From: an uncultured Micavibrio sp.
Lineage (GTDB): Bacteria; Pseudomonadota; Alphaproteobacteria; Micavibrionales; Micavibrionaceae
Reading direction: 5' to 3'
Assembly: GCA_964445195.1 (NCBI GenBank)
Contig: CAYUKA010000004.1
Coordinates: forward strand, 37,134 to 101,133
DNA: 64,000 nucleotides
Shown here piece by piece: positions 55,861-64,000 of the stretch (position 1 is the first letter of the stretch; every line of letters begins with the position of its first letter). The position numbers and the translations under genes are program-made. The notes below the pieces were generated by a model, which saw only the letters and a program-made list of their open reading frames with translations, was not told the origin of the DNA and did not search any database.

Positions 55861-57270
55861 TTATTCACCCGGTGCAGGAGCAGCTGCAGGATCTTGCGGC
55901 GGCTGCTCTGGGGCTGGTGCCGGCGAATCGCCAGCAGGCGCGGCCGGACCGCCGCTTTGCTGGTCACCCTGTGGCGAAAGCACGCCGGACAATGATGTGC
56001 CGAACGCTTCCATAATCTCATTGAGTTGCGGCAGAAATTGCTGGATGAATCCGAGAAAAGCCTCAACAAGGCCGGACACCATCTGTCCGAACTCCGGCCC
56101 GAGAAGTTGAGTCGCAACCTCAGTCATGCCGTTACTGACGGTCATAAAGCGTGAAAACATATCAAGCTGGGCAACGGCCTCGTTCGGATTTTCGCGGAAC
56201 TGCGTTACAAACGTATCAACCAGCCCCGGCTTCGTGTGAATGGCATCGGCAGCCGCGCTAAAGAAATTATCGTTCTGCATTGCCTGTGAATGTACAGCAT
56301 CGAGAAATGCGATGCTCTGCTGCGGCGCCTGATCGAAGCTACCGAGCATATCCTGAAAGACCTCGCGCAAGCCCTCGTGATCACCAGCCGCCTGCAGAAA
56401 CTCGGTATAGCCGGGGCGATCAATGATCTGGTTCATCTTGAGGAAAAAGTCCGGGTCCTGCGCGGCCAGCCCTTCAAGTTGTGCCAGTTTCTGCGCCAGA
56501 AAGTCCGGATCTGGATCAGCCGCGCCGCCCGCCATAATATCCATGAACGCAGTGCCTAACGTTTCATTTGTCGCCAGCCTGCCAACAAACTCCTCAAATC
56601 CGGCCGGCAATTCCGGCTCGGGCGCTGCGGGTGTTGCGGCGTCATCCGGGGCTGGCGGTTGCTCGGCCTCGGCCTCAACCTCAACATCGTCCCCGGCCGT
56701 AACATCCGCACCGCCGGCACTCTCATCGACCGCCGCGCTTTCATCAGCGACTGGCGTTTCAGGCACCGGCGCTCCCTCATCTACAACAGCCTCATCACCG
56801 GTCGCTTCTGATGTTTCCGGTGTCTCATCATCCGCTACAACATCTTCTACCGCTGCCGGAGGTTCTGGTTCTGATTCTGGCTGCGGTTCCGGCTCAGGCT
56901 CTGACACAGCGGCTGGCGCGGCTTCTGCGCCAACACCCAATATAGAGGCAATGTCCTGCGGACTTTGCCCGATCGTATCGATATTATCGATCAGTGCCTG
57001 CGGATCGGCTATTACCGCGGCTGAAATGCCGTCCAAGGACTCTTGCTCCATACCCGCGAGCACTGTCATAACTTCCGGGTTGGCCCTTATCGCCGCCTTG
57101 ATCTCGTCAGACGCGCTTTTCAAAGTTTCGTTACCGCTAGCCTGCTGCTGCAGGTCTATAAACCACCTTTCCAGATGAGGCGTTTCTATCAGTTCCTGGG
57201 CCGCTTCCGCGCCCACAAATTCTTCATAAAGAGGCTGTTTCATCCATACCGGGAAGTTACTGATATCCAT
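55861..57270 (-). CDS. 469-aa acidic two-lobed protein with a Pro/Glu/Ala-rich linker
   Basis: Long ORF. It starts 3 nt after the stop of the 133-aa gene. The linker reads EPEPEPQPESEPEPP... Confidence 0.65.
   Translation of the reverse strand: MDISNFPVWMKQPLYEEFVGAEAAQELIETPHLERWFIDLQQQASGNETLKSASDEIKAAIRANPEVMTVLAGMEQESLDGISAAVIADPQALIDNIDTIGQSPQDIASILGVGAEAAPAAVSEPEPEPQPESEPEPPAAVEDVVADDETPETSEATGDEAVVDEGAPVPETPVADESAAVDESAGGADVTAGDDVEVEAEAEQPPAPDDAATPAAPEPELPAGFEEFVGRLATNETLGTAFMDIMAGGAADPDPDFLAQKLAQLEGLAAQDPDFFLKMNQIIDRPGYTEFLQAAGDHEGLREVFQDMLGSFDQAPQQSIAFLDAVHSQAMQNDNFFSAAADAIHTKPGLVDTFVTQFRENPNEAVAQLDMFSRFMTVSNGMTEVATQLLGPEFGQMVSGLVEAFLGFIQQFLPQLNEIMEAFGTSLSGVLSPQGDQQSGGPAAPAGDSPAPAPEQPPQDPAAAPAPGE
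56861..56902. repeat. imperfect hexanucleotide repeat (7 units, GGYTCN) encoding the (E/S)P linker
   Basis: ggttct ggttct gattct ggctgc ggttcc ggctca ggctct. Confidence 0.7.
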
Positions 57271-57273
57271 AAT

Positions 57274-57675
57274 CTATACCTCCCCCGTCTCTTGATACGA
57301 CATGTCGTCCGTTGTTCGTACAACGAGCGGCACGATGTACAGGTCTTTCATGACCTCATCAACCTGATAAATGACATTGCCCTGCGAAGCCTGACGCATG
57401 TGTCCGGCAATCACCGGATCGACCGTCATGCCCAGATCAAGCATTGTGCCGTCATGACGGATAAAATCGAGCGTCGCCGCGCCCGGGTCGAATTCCATCC
57501 ATTTAAGCTGCCCCGGAAACGGCCGGTCATGCATAACCCATACCTGCCCCTTGGCATTGGCGACAAGGTCGACATTCATGCCCGCCGTCAGGCTCGTTAC
57601 ATTCTCAGGAAAGACCGGCGTCTCTTCCGCCGTTTTGATGATACTGCGCCTATTAAAGGCTTTTATAAAATTCAT
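57274..57675 (-). CDS. 133-aa hypothetical protein, first gene of the cluster
   Basis: ORF with an AAGGTG SD-like sequence. No motif recognised. Confidence 0.55.
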   Translation of the reverse strand: MNFIKAFNRRSIIKTAEETPVFPENVTSLTAGMNVDLVANAKGQVWVMHDRPFPGQLKWMEFDPGAATLDFIRHDGTMLDLGMTVDPVIAGHMRQASQGNVIYQVDEVMKDLYIVPLVVRTTDDMSYQETGEV

Positions 57676-57812
57676 CTATGACACACCTTTATTACACACC
57701 ACCGTACAGTCGCACTTTTTATATTTTTGGCTTACTGTGGTTATATAATAACATCGTTAACATAAAATTAAAAATTTGCGTTTTCCTCCCGCTATCCAAG
57801 CGTCTGGCATGA

Positions 57813-57821
57813 TGTTATAAT
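57813..57821 (+). promoter_or_regulatory. extended -10 promoter element TGtTATAAT for the M17 peptidase gene
   Basis: Exact TGnTATAAT about 35 nt upstream of ATG 57856. Confidence 0.4.
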
Positions 57822-57855
57822 CGTCTTTCTTTTTAACGGCTTACCGGAAATAACC

Positions 57856-59268
57856 ATGCCTTCGAAATTTATTCGCCCGCCCGCCTGTTTTCTGACGCGC
57901 AAGCGTAAAACTGATATCGCGTTGCGGGCTATGCATGAAACAGAATTCAAAAAATGGATTGAAAAACAAAAGGATAGCGTAAAATCAGCAATTACAGAAT
58001 CGGGATTCAAAGCAACGCCCGGCCAGGTTTACCCGCTGCGCAACGATAAAGGACAACTGACAGAAGTGCTGTGCGGCGTTAGCAAGCCCATTGAACTCTA
58101 TGACTTTGCCAAAATTGTCAAAGCGCTGGGAAATGCGTTTTCTGAAAAAATGCTGGCAGACGCCAGCTTTTCACTGAGAGGTAAAACCGGGCTGGAAAAT
58201 GCCTGTATCGGCTGGGCGCTTGCCTGCTATCGCTTTGATATTTATAAAGAAAGTGACAAGCCATTACCACGGCTTGTCCTGCCCGCAGGCGTCGACAAGA
58301 CACATATCCACAGCATGATCGAAGGGCTGTGCCTTGTCCGCGACCTGATCAACACACCCGCGAATGATATGGGACCGGCGGAACTGGAAAAGGCCGCGAA
58401 AGAGCTGGCCGGGCACCATGATGCCGAGGTCAGGGTCATCGGCGAAAAAGTCCTGAAAAAGGACTTCCCGCTGGTTTATGCCGTTGGCATGGCCAGCCCG
58501 CGCCGCCCGCGCCTGATTGACCTGACGTGGGGCAATGCCAAAGCCCCCAGGATCACAATTGTTGGCAAAGGCGTCTGCTTTGACACGGGCGGGCTGGACC
58601 TGAAACCCTCGCAATATATGGCGCTGATGAAAAAGGATATGGGCGGGGCGGCCCATGCGCTGGGACTGGCGCGGCTGATCATGGGCGCAAAACTGCCGGT
58701 GCGGCTGCGCGTTCTAATCCCCGCTGTTGAGAACGCGGTCGCCGGCGAATCCTTCCGCCCCGGTGATGTGTTCACAAGCCGTAAAGGCCTGACAGTCGAG
58801 AATACGAATACCGATGCTGAAGGCCGCCTGATCCTCGCGGACGCGCTAACCTATGCCTGCGAGGAGAAACCGGAGCTGGTGATTGATTTCTGTACCCTGA
58901 CCGGTTCCGCCCGCGCCGCCCTCGGCGCCGATATCCCGGCAATGTTCTGTAATAACGACAAGCTTGGCGCAGAGCTGCAAAAACTGTCTATGGCCGCTGA
59001 TGATCCGATCTGGCAAATGCCGCTCTGGAAACCCTACAAAAAGCTGATAGAGAGCGATATTGCCGATCTGGTGAACAGCGCCGCAACCCCCGGCGATCTG
59101 ATCTACAGCTCCCTGTTCCTCGAAAGTTTCCTGCTGCACGACACTGACTGGATCCATCTGGATGTCTTCGCCTGGGAAAAGTCGGGCAAACCCGGCCGGC
59201 CAAAGGGCGGTGCCGATACAGGGCTGCGCGCCGTCTATGCATTATTGGAAAAACGCTACGGCAAGTAA
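57856..59268 (+). CDS. M17 (leucyl aminopeptidase) family peptidase
   Basis: NTDAEGRLILADAL signature, VGKGVCFDTGGLDLKP, and MKKDMGGAA. Confidence 0.9.
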   Translation: MPSKFIRPPACFLTRKRKTDIALRAMHETEFKKWIEKQKDSVKSAITESGFKATPGQVYPLRNDKGQLTEVLCGVSKPIELYDFAKIVKALGNAFSEKMLADASFSLRGKTGLENACIGWALACYRFDIYKESDKPLPRLVLPAGVDKTHIHSMIEGLCLVRDLINTPANDMGPAELEKAAKELAGHHDAEVRVIGEKVLKKDFPLVYAVGMASPRRPRLIDLTWGNAKAPRITIVGKGVCFDTGGLDLKPSQYMALMKKDMGGAAHALGLARLIMGAKLPVRLRVLIPAVENAVAGESFRPGDVFTSRKGLTVENTNTDAEGRLILADALTYACEEKPELVIDFCTLTGSARAALGADIPAMFCNNDKLGAELQKLSMAADDPIWQMPLWKPYKKLIESDIADLVNSAATPGDLIYSSLFLESFLLHDTDWIHLDVFAWEKSGKPGRPKGGADTGLRAVYALLEKRYGK

Positions 59269-59282
59269 GTACAGTAAGAGTT

Positions 59283-60623
59283 TCAGGCCGCTTTTTGCCG
59301 CAGTGAACTAAGAACAGCCTGCGCAAAATCGGTCAATGTGTCGTCCCGGGCGCCCATAATCACTATATAATCGCCCGGCTGCGCCGTTTCGGCCAGATAG
59401 GGCACGATATCGGCGCGCCGTTCAAAGTACCGTGCCGTTCGGCCCTGCGCGGCAACAGCTTCGATAATATCGCGTGATGAAATGCTCTTATCCGCCGTAC
59501 CCCCGGCATAATAGATCTCCGGCATGACCAGGTGATCGGCCGCCGCCAGATACGTGGTAAACGTCGCGATCAGATCATCCTTTAGCATCTTCGTCGGACC
59601 GAAACCGTGCGGCTGGAAGATCGCGATCACCCGGCCACCGGATTCTGTAACCGTTTTCAGGGTCGCCGCGATCTTATCAGGGTTATGGGCGAAATCATCG
59701 ATGACAGTGATATCATTGGCCACCCCGACAATGTCATAGCGCCGCCTGATGCCTCTAAAGCCCTGAAGGGCCGTCAGCGCTTCCGCCTGCGGTACACCGA
59801 CCACCTGCGCGGCCGCAAGCGCGGCCAGAGCATTGGCAATATTGTGCTCACCCGGCACCTGCAACGACAGGTCCAGTGCCCGCGCCGTCATATCCGCCGC
59901 TTCATTCTCCAGTGAGAAGGTCATGGCATTAGGGTGAATATCCGCCAGTGCCGCGGCTTCCGGATCGTCGAGATTGATCACCGCGGCCTCACGCGCCCGG
60001 CCGAGAAAATCACGGAACAGCGGTCGCAACTCTTCCAGCGGCTTATGGTCCAGCGCAATATTATTCAGCACGGCGACCGCCGGTTCGAACAGCGCGATCG
60101 ACCCGTCACTTTCGTCCGTTTCGGCAACGAAAAGATCGCCCGCCCCGACCAGCGCATTGCCGCCGCCCAGTCCCGCCGCGGCAAAATTCGTCACCTGTCC
60201 GCCGCACATCACCGTCGGATCGCGGCCCGTTCCATAAAGAATATGGCCGATCATGCCGGTCACTGTGGTCTTACCACTGGTACCGCCGACAGCGATCCCG
60301 CGCGCGCCGTTAAAGAGCGCTGCCAGGATCTCCGCCCGCTTCTGTATCGGAATCCCCAGCGCCTGCGCCTGCCTTACGTCCGGTATATCGCTCTCCACCG
60401 CCGAAGAAACAACCAGTACATCAACCGTATCGGTTACGCCGCTGCCATCCTGCGGATACAACATGATACCGGCCTCTTTCAGTCCGGCAAATTTTTCCGG
60501 TGACTCGCCTTTATCGTGGCTGCGGTCTGACCCGTAGACCCGGTGCCCCTGCTTTGCCAAAATAAGCGCCAGCGGCATCATGCCACTGCCGCCGATGCCG
60601 CAGAAAAAGAATGTCTGATTCAT
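59283..60623 (-). CDS. Mur ligase family protein, MurC/Mpl-like (ATG 60623 preferred)
   Basis: N-terminal FFFCGIGGSGMMPLALILAKQGHRVYGSD (MurC-type Rossmann) and the ATP site GGTSGKTTVTGMI. The Mur ligase middle and C-terminal domains are present. Confidence 0.8.
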   Translation of the reverse strand: MNQTFFFCGIGGSGMMPLALILAKQGHRVYGSDRSHDKGESPEKFAGLKEAGIMLYPQDGSGVTDTVDVLVVSSAVESDIPDVRQAQALGIPIQKRAEILAALFNGARGIAVGGTSGKTTVTGMIGHILYGTGRDPTVMCGGQVTNFAAAGLGGGNALVGAGDLFVAETDESDGSIALFEPAVAVLNNIALDHKPLEELRPLFRDFLGRAREAAVINLDDPEAAALADIHPNAMTFSLENEAADMTARALDLSLQVPGEHNIANALAALAAAQVVGVPQAEALTALQGFRGIRRRYDIVGVANDITVIDDFAHNPDKIAATLKTVTESGGRVIAIFQPHGFGPTKMLKDDLIATFTTYLAAADHLVMPEIYYAGGTADKSISSRDIIEAVAAQGRTARYFERRADIVPYLAETAQPGDYIVIMGARDDTLTDFAQAVLSSLRQKAA

Positions 60624-60636
60624 ATGAAAAAACCCA

Positions 60637-61431
60637 CTATTGCGGGGGATACAGGCTAACAGGGGCATCATTCCCCGGGACCGGCGCCGTACCACTGGTA
60701 AAACCGTCATCACCAGACTCACCGCCTTCGGCAGTTGTCGTCCCAAAGACCTTCGGATTCATGCGCCGCGTCAGGTCCGACACCATATCACTATCGGGAT
60801 TATCAACCGGGTCGGCACTGATGGCCGGTACGCTGGCGTCAACTTCGGTCAGAGCCTCAACAGGTGCTGCACCGCTTTCCCCAACCGCAACACTTGTATT
60901 CAGTCCCGGGATTTCACGCCGGCGCAGAACCGGCGTGGTTGCATATTTATCGCTGATCAGCGCCGCCCGCCCGGCCCGGAACTCTTCCATACCGAACATG
61001 TGCGGGTTTTGTTCAAGATGTTTTTCGTAGTGCGGCTTAGCCTGCGCCTTTACCGGCATATCCCTAAAGTCGACCGTAATGACATCCGGGTAGGTAAACA
61101 TCGCACCGGTCTGGGAATCGATGAACATGCCCGGAATAAAACCGTTCAGCGCATTGGCCAGCACCACCGGCTCATGCCCCGGATCAATCGTAATCGACTT
61201 TTCCCGGTTGCCGTCAGCCAGGCAGTGCACTTCCAGATCGTGCGATGTCTTGGTCATCGTAATCGTTTTGGGTGTAATGATCCGGTAAATCACTTCACCG
61301 TTATCAGCATAACAGAACGCATCATTTGCACCCGGCGTTTCAAACCGGACTTCCTGCGTTGAGCGGCCCATAGCGCTACTACAGGCGGTTAACAGGATCA
61401 ATAAAGACGCCAGACAAAAGAAACGAAACAT
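60637..61431 (-). CDS. lipoprotein of unknown function
   Basis: Lipobox LLTAC after a hydrophobic leader (MFRFFCLASLLILLTACSS). Confidence 0.65.
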   Translation of the reverse strand: MFRFFCLASLLILLTACSSAMGRSTQEVRFETPGANDAFCYADNGEVIYRIITPKTITMTKTSHDLEVHCLADGNREKSITIDPGHEPVVLANALNGFIPGMFIDSQTGAMFTYPDVITVDFRDMPVKAQAKPHYEKHLEQNPHMFGMEEFRAGRAALISDKYATTPVLRRREIPGLNTSVAVGESGAAPVEALTEVDASVPAISADPVDNPDSDMVSDLTRRMNPKVFGTTTAEGGESGDDGFTSGTAPVPGNDAPVSLYPPQ

Positions 61432-61530
61432 AAGCAGGTTACCGGCAGAGCTGTGACAAAATATGCGCAGATTCGCGCAATTCCCTTACTTATAGGGATA
61501 GCGGAAAAGCAGGGTTGTGACAATAAAACG

Positions 61531-64000
61531 TTAGGCCGCGGAGCGGTTTTTCCCGTTCTTTCGGCCGGCCTTGACGGCAAAAGTCAGGGCACCGGTCTTC
61601 ACAGACACGCTGACATCCGCGTTATCGGCAATCTCGCCCTTGAGAATTAACTCGGCCAGCCGGTTTTGCAGCTCGGTCTGGATCACCCTCTTCAGCGGCC
61701 GGGCACCATAGGCCGGGTCATAGCCCTTGTCTGCCAGCCACTGTTTAGACTTCTCATCAAGGCTGAGGGTAATCTGCCGGTCATCCAGCAGGCTATGAAG
61801 ATAGGCAAGCTGGATATCGACAATACCGGTCATCTGCTCCCGCCCCAGACGCTTGAACAGCAGGATATCGTCCAGACGGTTCAGGAATTCCGGCCGGAAC
61901 GCGCCGCGCACGACGTTCATAACATCGTCCCGCACCGCCTCAACATCTTCGCCCTCTTTCTGGTTGACGAGATACTCCGCCCCAAGATTAGAGGTCATGA
62001 TCAGCACTGTATTGGAGAAATCGACCGTCCGCCCCTGCCCGTCTGTCAGGCGGCCGTCATCGAGAACCTGAAGCAGGATATTAAACACATCCGGATGCGC
62101 CTTCTCAACTTCATCAAATAAAACAACCTGGTATGGCCGCCTTCTAACAGACTCGGTGAGCGCGCCACCTTCTTCATAACCAACATAGCCCGGCGGTGCG
62201 CCAATCATTCGCGCAACAGCATGCTTCTCCATATATTCGGACATATCAATCCGGACCATCGCGCTGTCATCATCGAACATGAATTCGGCCAGCGCCTTGG
62301 TCAGTTCGGTCTTGCCGACACCTGTCGGGCCGAGGAACAGGAAGGAGCCGATCGGCCGGCGCGGGTCCTGTAACCCGGCACGGGAACGGCGGATTGCATT
62401 GGCCACCGCATGCACAGCATCGTCCTGGCCGACGACGCGCTGGCGAATCTTGTCCTCCATCGCCAGCAGTTTCTCACGCTCCCCTTCCATCATCTTATCG
62501 ACAGGAATACCGGTCCAGCGGCTAACGATGCTGGCGATTTCATCGGCCGTGACTTCTTCCTTGATCAGGTTCTGGCCCTCGGCTTTGGCAGCATCTTCCA
62601 ATTTCTGCTCCAGACCGGGAATCCTCGCATGCATCAGCTCGCCCGCCTTGGTCCAGTCGCCCTCGCGCTGTGCCTTTTCAAGCTCCATGCGCGCATGGTC
62701 CAGCTTTTCGGTCAGCTTCTGGCCCGATTGCAGCTTTTCTTTCTCGGCCTGCCACTGGCTGGTCATATCCGCCGATTGCTGCTCCAGTTCATCAAGCTCG
62801 GTCTCAAGCTTGTCGAGCCGGTCTTTTGTCGCGTTGTCGTCCTTTTCTTTCTTCAGCGCTTCGCGCTCGATCTTGAGCTGCATAATCCGCCGGTCCAGCT
62901 CATCGACATCCTCAGGCTTGGAATCGACCTGCATCCGCAGCCGTGACGAGGCTTCGTCCATCAGATCAATCGCCTTGTCGGGCAGGAAACGGTCGGTAAT
63001 ATAACGGTTAGACAGCGTCGCCGCCGACACGATCGCCGAGTCGGTAATCCGGACGCCGTGATGGACCTCGTATTTTTCCTTCAGCCCGCGCAGAATCGAA
63101 ATCGTATCCTCAACCGTCGGCTCGGCGATAAAGACCGGCTGGAACCGCCGCGCCAGCGCCGCGTCCTTTTCAATATGCTTGCGGTACTCATCAAGCGTTG
63201 TCGCTCCAACCATATGCAGCTCGCCCCGCGCCAGTGCGGGTTTGAGCATATTCGAAGCATCCATTGCCCCGTCGGCCTTGCCCGCGCCAACGACTGTGTG
63301 CATTTCATCGAGAAACAGGACGATTTCACCGGCATGGGCGCCGATTTCATCAAGCACGGCTTTCAGGCGTTCCTCAAACTCGCCGCGGAACTTGGCCCCG
63401 GCAATCATCGCTCCCAGATCAAGCGCCATCAGCCGCTTGTTCTTGAGACTTTCCGGCACGTCACCATTGACGATCCGCAGCGCCAGCCCTTCAACGATTG
63501 CCGTTTTGCCGACCCCCGGCTCACCGATCAGCACCGGATTATTCTTGGTGCGGCGTGACAGCACCTGGATCGTACGGCGAATCTCCTCATCCCGGCCAAT
63601 GACCGGGTCAAGCCTGCCCTCCCGCGCCGCATCCGTCAGGTCACGGGCGAAACGGTTCAGCGCGTCAAACTGGCCTTCAGCCGTCGGCGAGTCGGCCGTA
63701 CGTCCCTTGCGCATGTCATTGATCGCCTGGTTCAGCGTTGCCGGCGTAACCCGCGCACCGTCCAGGATCCCCTCAATATCGGTCGCCTTGGCCATCGCCA
63801 TCGCCTGCACGATACGCTCGCCAGTCACATATTTATCACCGGCTTTTTCGGCCAAATTCAAAGCACTATCGAGTATCTTTGCCAAATCAGTTGAAATACG
63901 CAGGCCGCTGCCGCCGCCGGTTACCTCGGGAAATTTTGCCAGCGCGACGTCGATATCCTTACTCAGGCGCTCCAGATCACCGCCCGCAGCCTGCACCAGC
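61531..64000 (-). CDS. clpB: canonical chaperone ClpB (N-terminal ~45 aa outside the window)
   Basis: [66 protein letters not shown], and [15 protein letters not shown]. It is close to E. coli ClpB throughout. Confidence 0.95.
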   Translation of the reverse strand, partial: LVQAAGGDLERLSKDIDVALAKFPEVTGGGSGLRISTDLAKILDSALNLAEKAGDKYVTGERIVQAMAMAKATDIEGILDGARVTPATLNQAINDMRKGRTADSPTAEGQFDALNRFARDLTDAAREGRLDPVIGRDEEIRRTIQVLSRRTKNNPVLIGEPGVGKTAIVEGLALRIVNGDVPESLKNKRLMALDLGAMIAGAKFRGEFEERLKAVLDEIGAHAGEIVLFLDEMHTVVGAGKADGAMDASNMLKPALARGELHMVGATTLDEYRKHIEKDAALARRFQPVFIAEPTVEDTISILRGLKEKYEVHHGVRITDSAIVSAATLSNRYITDRFLPDKAIDLMDEASSRLRMQVDSKPEDVDELDRRIMQLKIEREALKKEKDDNATKDRLDKLETELDELEQQSADMTSQWQAEKEKLQSGQKLTEKLDHARMELEKAQREGDWTKAGELMHARIPGLEQKLEDAAKAEGQNLIKEEVTADEIASIVSRWTGIPVDKMMEGEREKLLAMEDKIRQRVVGQDDAVHAVANAIRRSRAGLQDPRRPIGSFLFLGPTGVGKTELTKALAEFMFDDDSAMVRIDMSEYMEKHAVARMIGAPPGYVGYEEGGALTESVRRRPYQVVLFDEVEKAHPDVFNILLQVLDDGRLTDGQGRTVDFSNTVLIMTSNLGAEYLVNQKEGEDVEAVRDDVMNVVRGAFRPEFLNRLDDILLFKRLGREQMTGIVDIQLAYLHSLLDDRQITLSLDEKSKQWLADKGYDPAYGARPLKRVIQTELQNRLAELILKGEIADNADVSVSVKTGALTFAVKAGRKNGKNRSAA

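Noticed and set aside
55195-56110. Plus-strand ORFs 55195..55524 (109 aa) and 55718..56110 (130 aa) in and around the long spacer
   Set aside because: They have no SD and low-complexity or hydrophobic junk-like sequence. The second runs antisense into the 469-aa gene. I treat the region as non-coding except for the speculative mini-ORF.
56423-57178. 251-aa Ser/Ala-rich plus-strand ORF
   Set aside because: It is antisense to the acidic 469-aa gene. Its composition is the complement of the E/P/A linker. It has no SD and no start context.
1-64000. CRISPR arrays, IS elements, integrases, prophage genes, toxin-antitoxin pairs, known defence systems
   Set aside because: I scanned the ORF translations and the intergenic repeats and recognised no Cas, transposase (DDE/HUH), tyrosine or serine recombinase, or phage structural motifs. 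The only repeats are the short palindromic elements and small tandem repeats listed above.

Overview
Chromosomal segment from a mid-to-high GC Gram-negative bacterium. The gene content fits an alphaproteobacterium: a fabA-fabB-fabI block, a Fur/Irr-like regulator with an HHHH motif, DUF1491- and DUF1058-type genes, and gatCAB. I call about 60 protein genes and one tRNA-Ser(GCU). I saw no rRNA, CRISPR array, transposase or integrase. Core genes: pnp (5' partial), a GDPD phosphodiesterase, fabI-fabB-fabA, dusA, a complete suf operon (Rrf2 regulator, sufBCDS, sufT, a GlcG-like gene, sufA), prfC, a Fur-family regulator, a PAS histidine kinase, upp, tgt, rpmB, a CobD/CbiB-like gene, phaZ, ruvX, gatCAB, an M17 aminopeptidase, a MurC-like ligase, and canonical clpB (5' partial at the right edge). 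The most interesting region is a co-oriented minus-strand cluster at 50123..57675. It contains a ClpB-derived AAA+ protein with no N-domain and a degenerate first ATPase module. Its neighbours are a 569-aa coiled-coil protein, a single-pass membrane protein, an acidic two-lobed protein and a 133-aa protein. A 664-bp non-coding spacer splits the cluster. I could not assign the cluster to any described system. Other accessory content: an orphan block (684-aa protein, DUF4177, membrane protein, tandem-TerD protein) ending at the tRNA-Ser; a lower-GC islet just after that tRNA; two pairs of tandem secreted paralogues, one pair sitting inside gatCAB; a divergent second PhaZ-like gene; three different palindromic intergenic elements interrupting normally compact operons; and sharp low-GC patches inside conserved housekeeping genes. 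Every functional call comes from motif recognition by eye. No database search was run.
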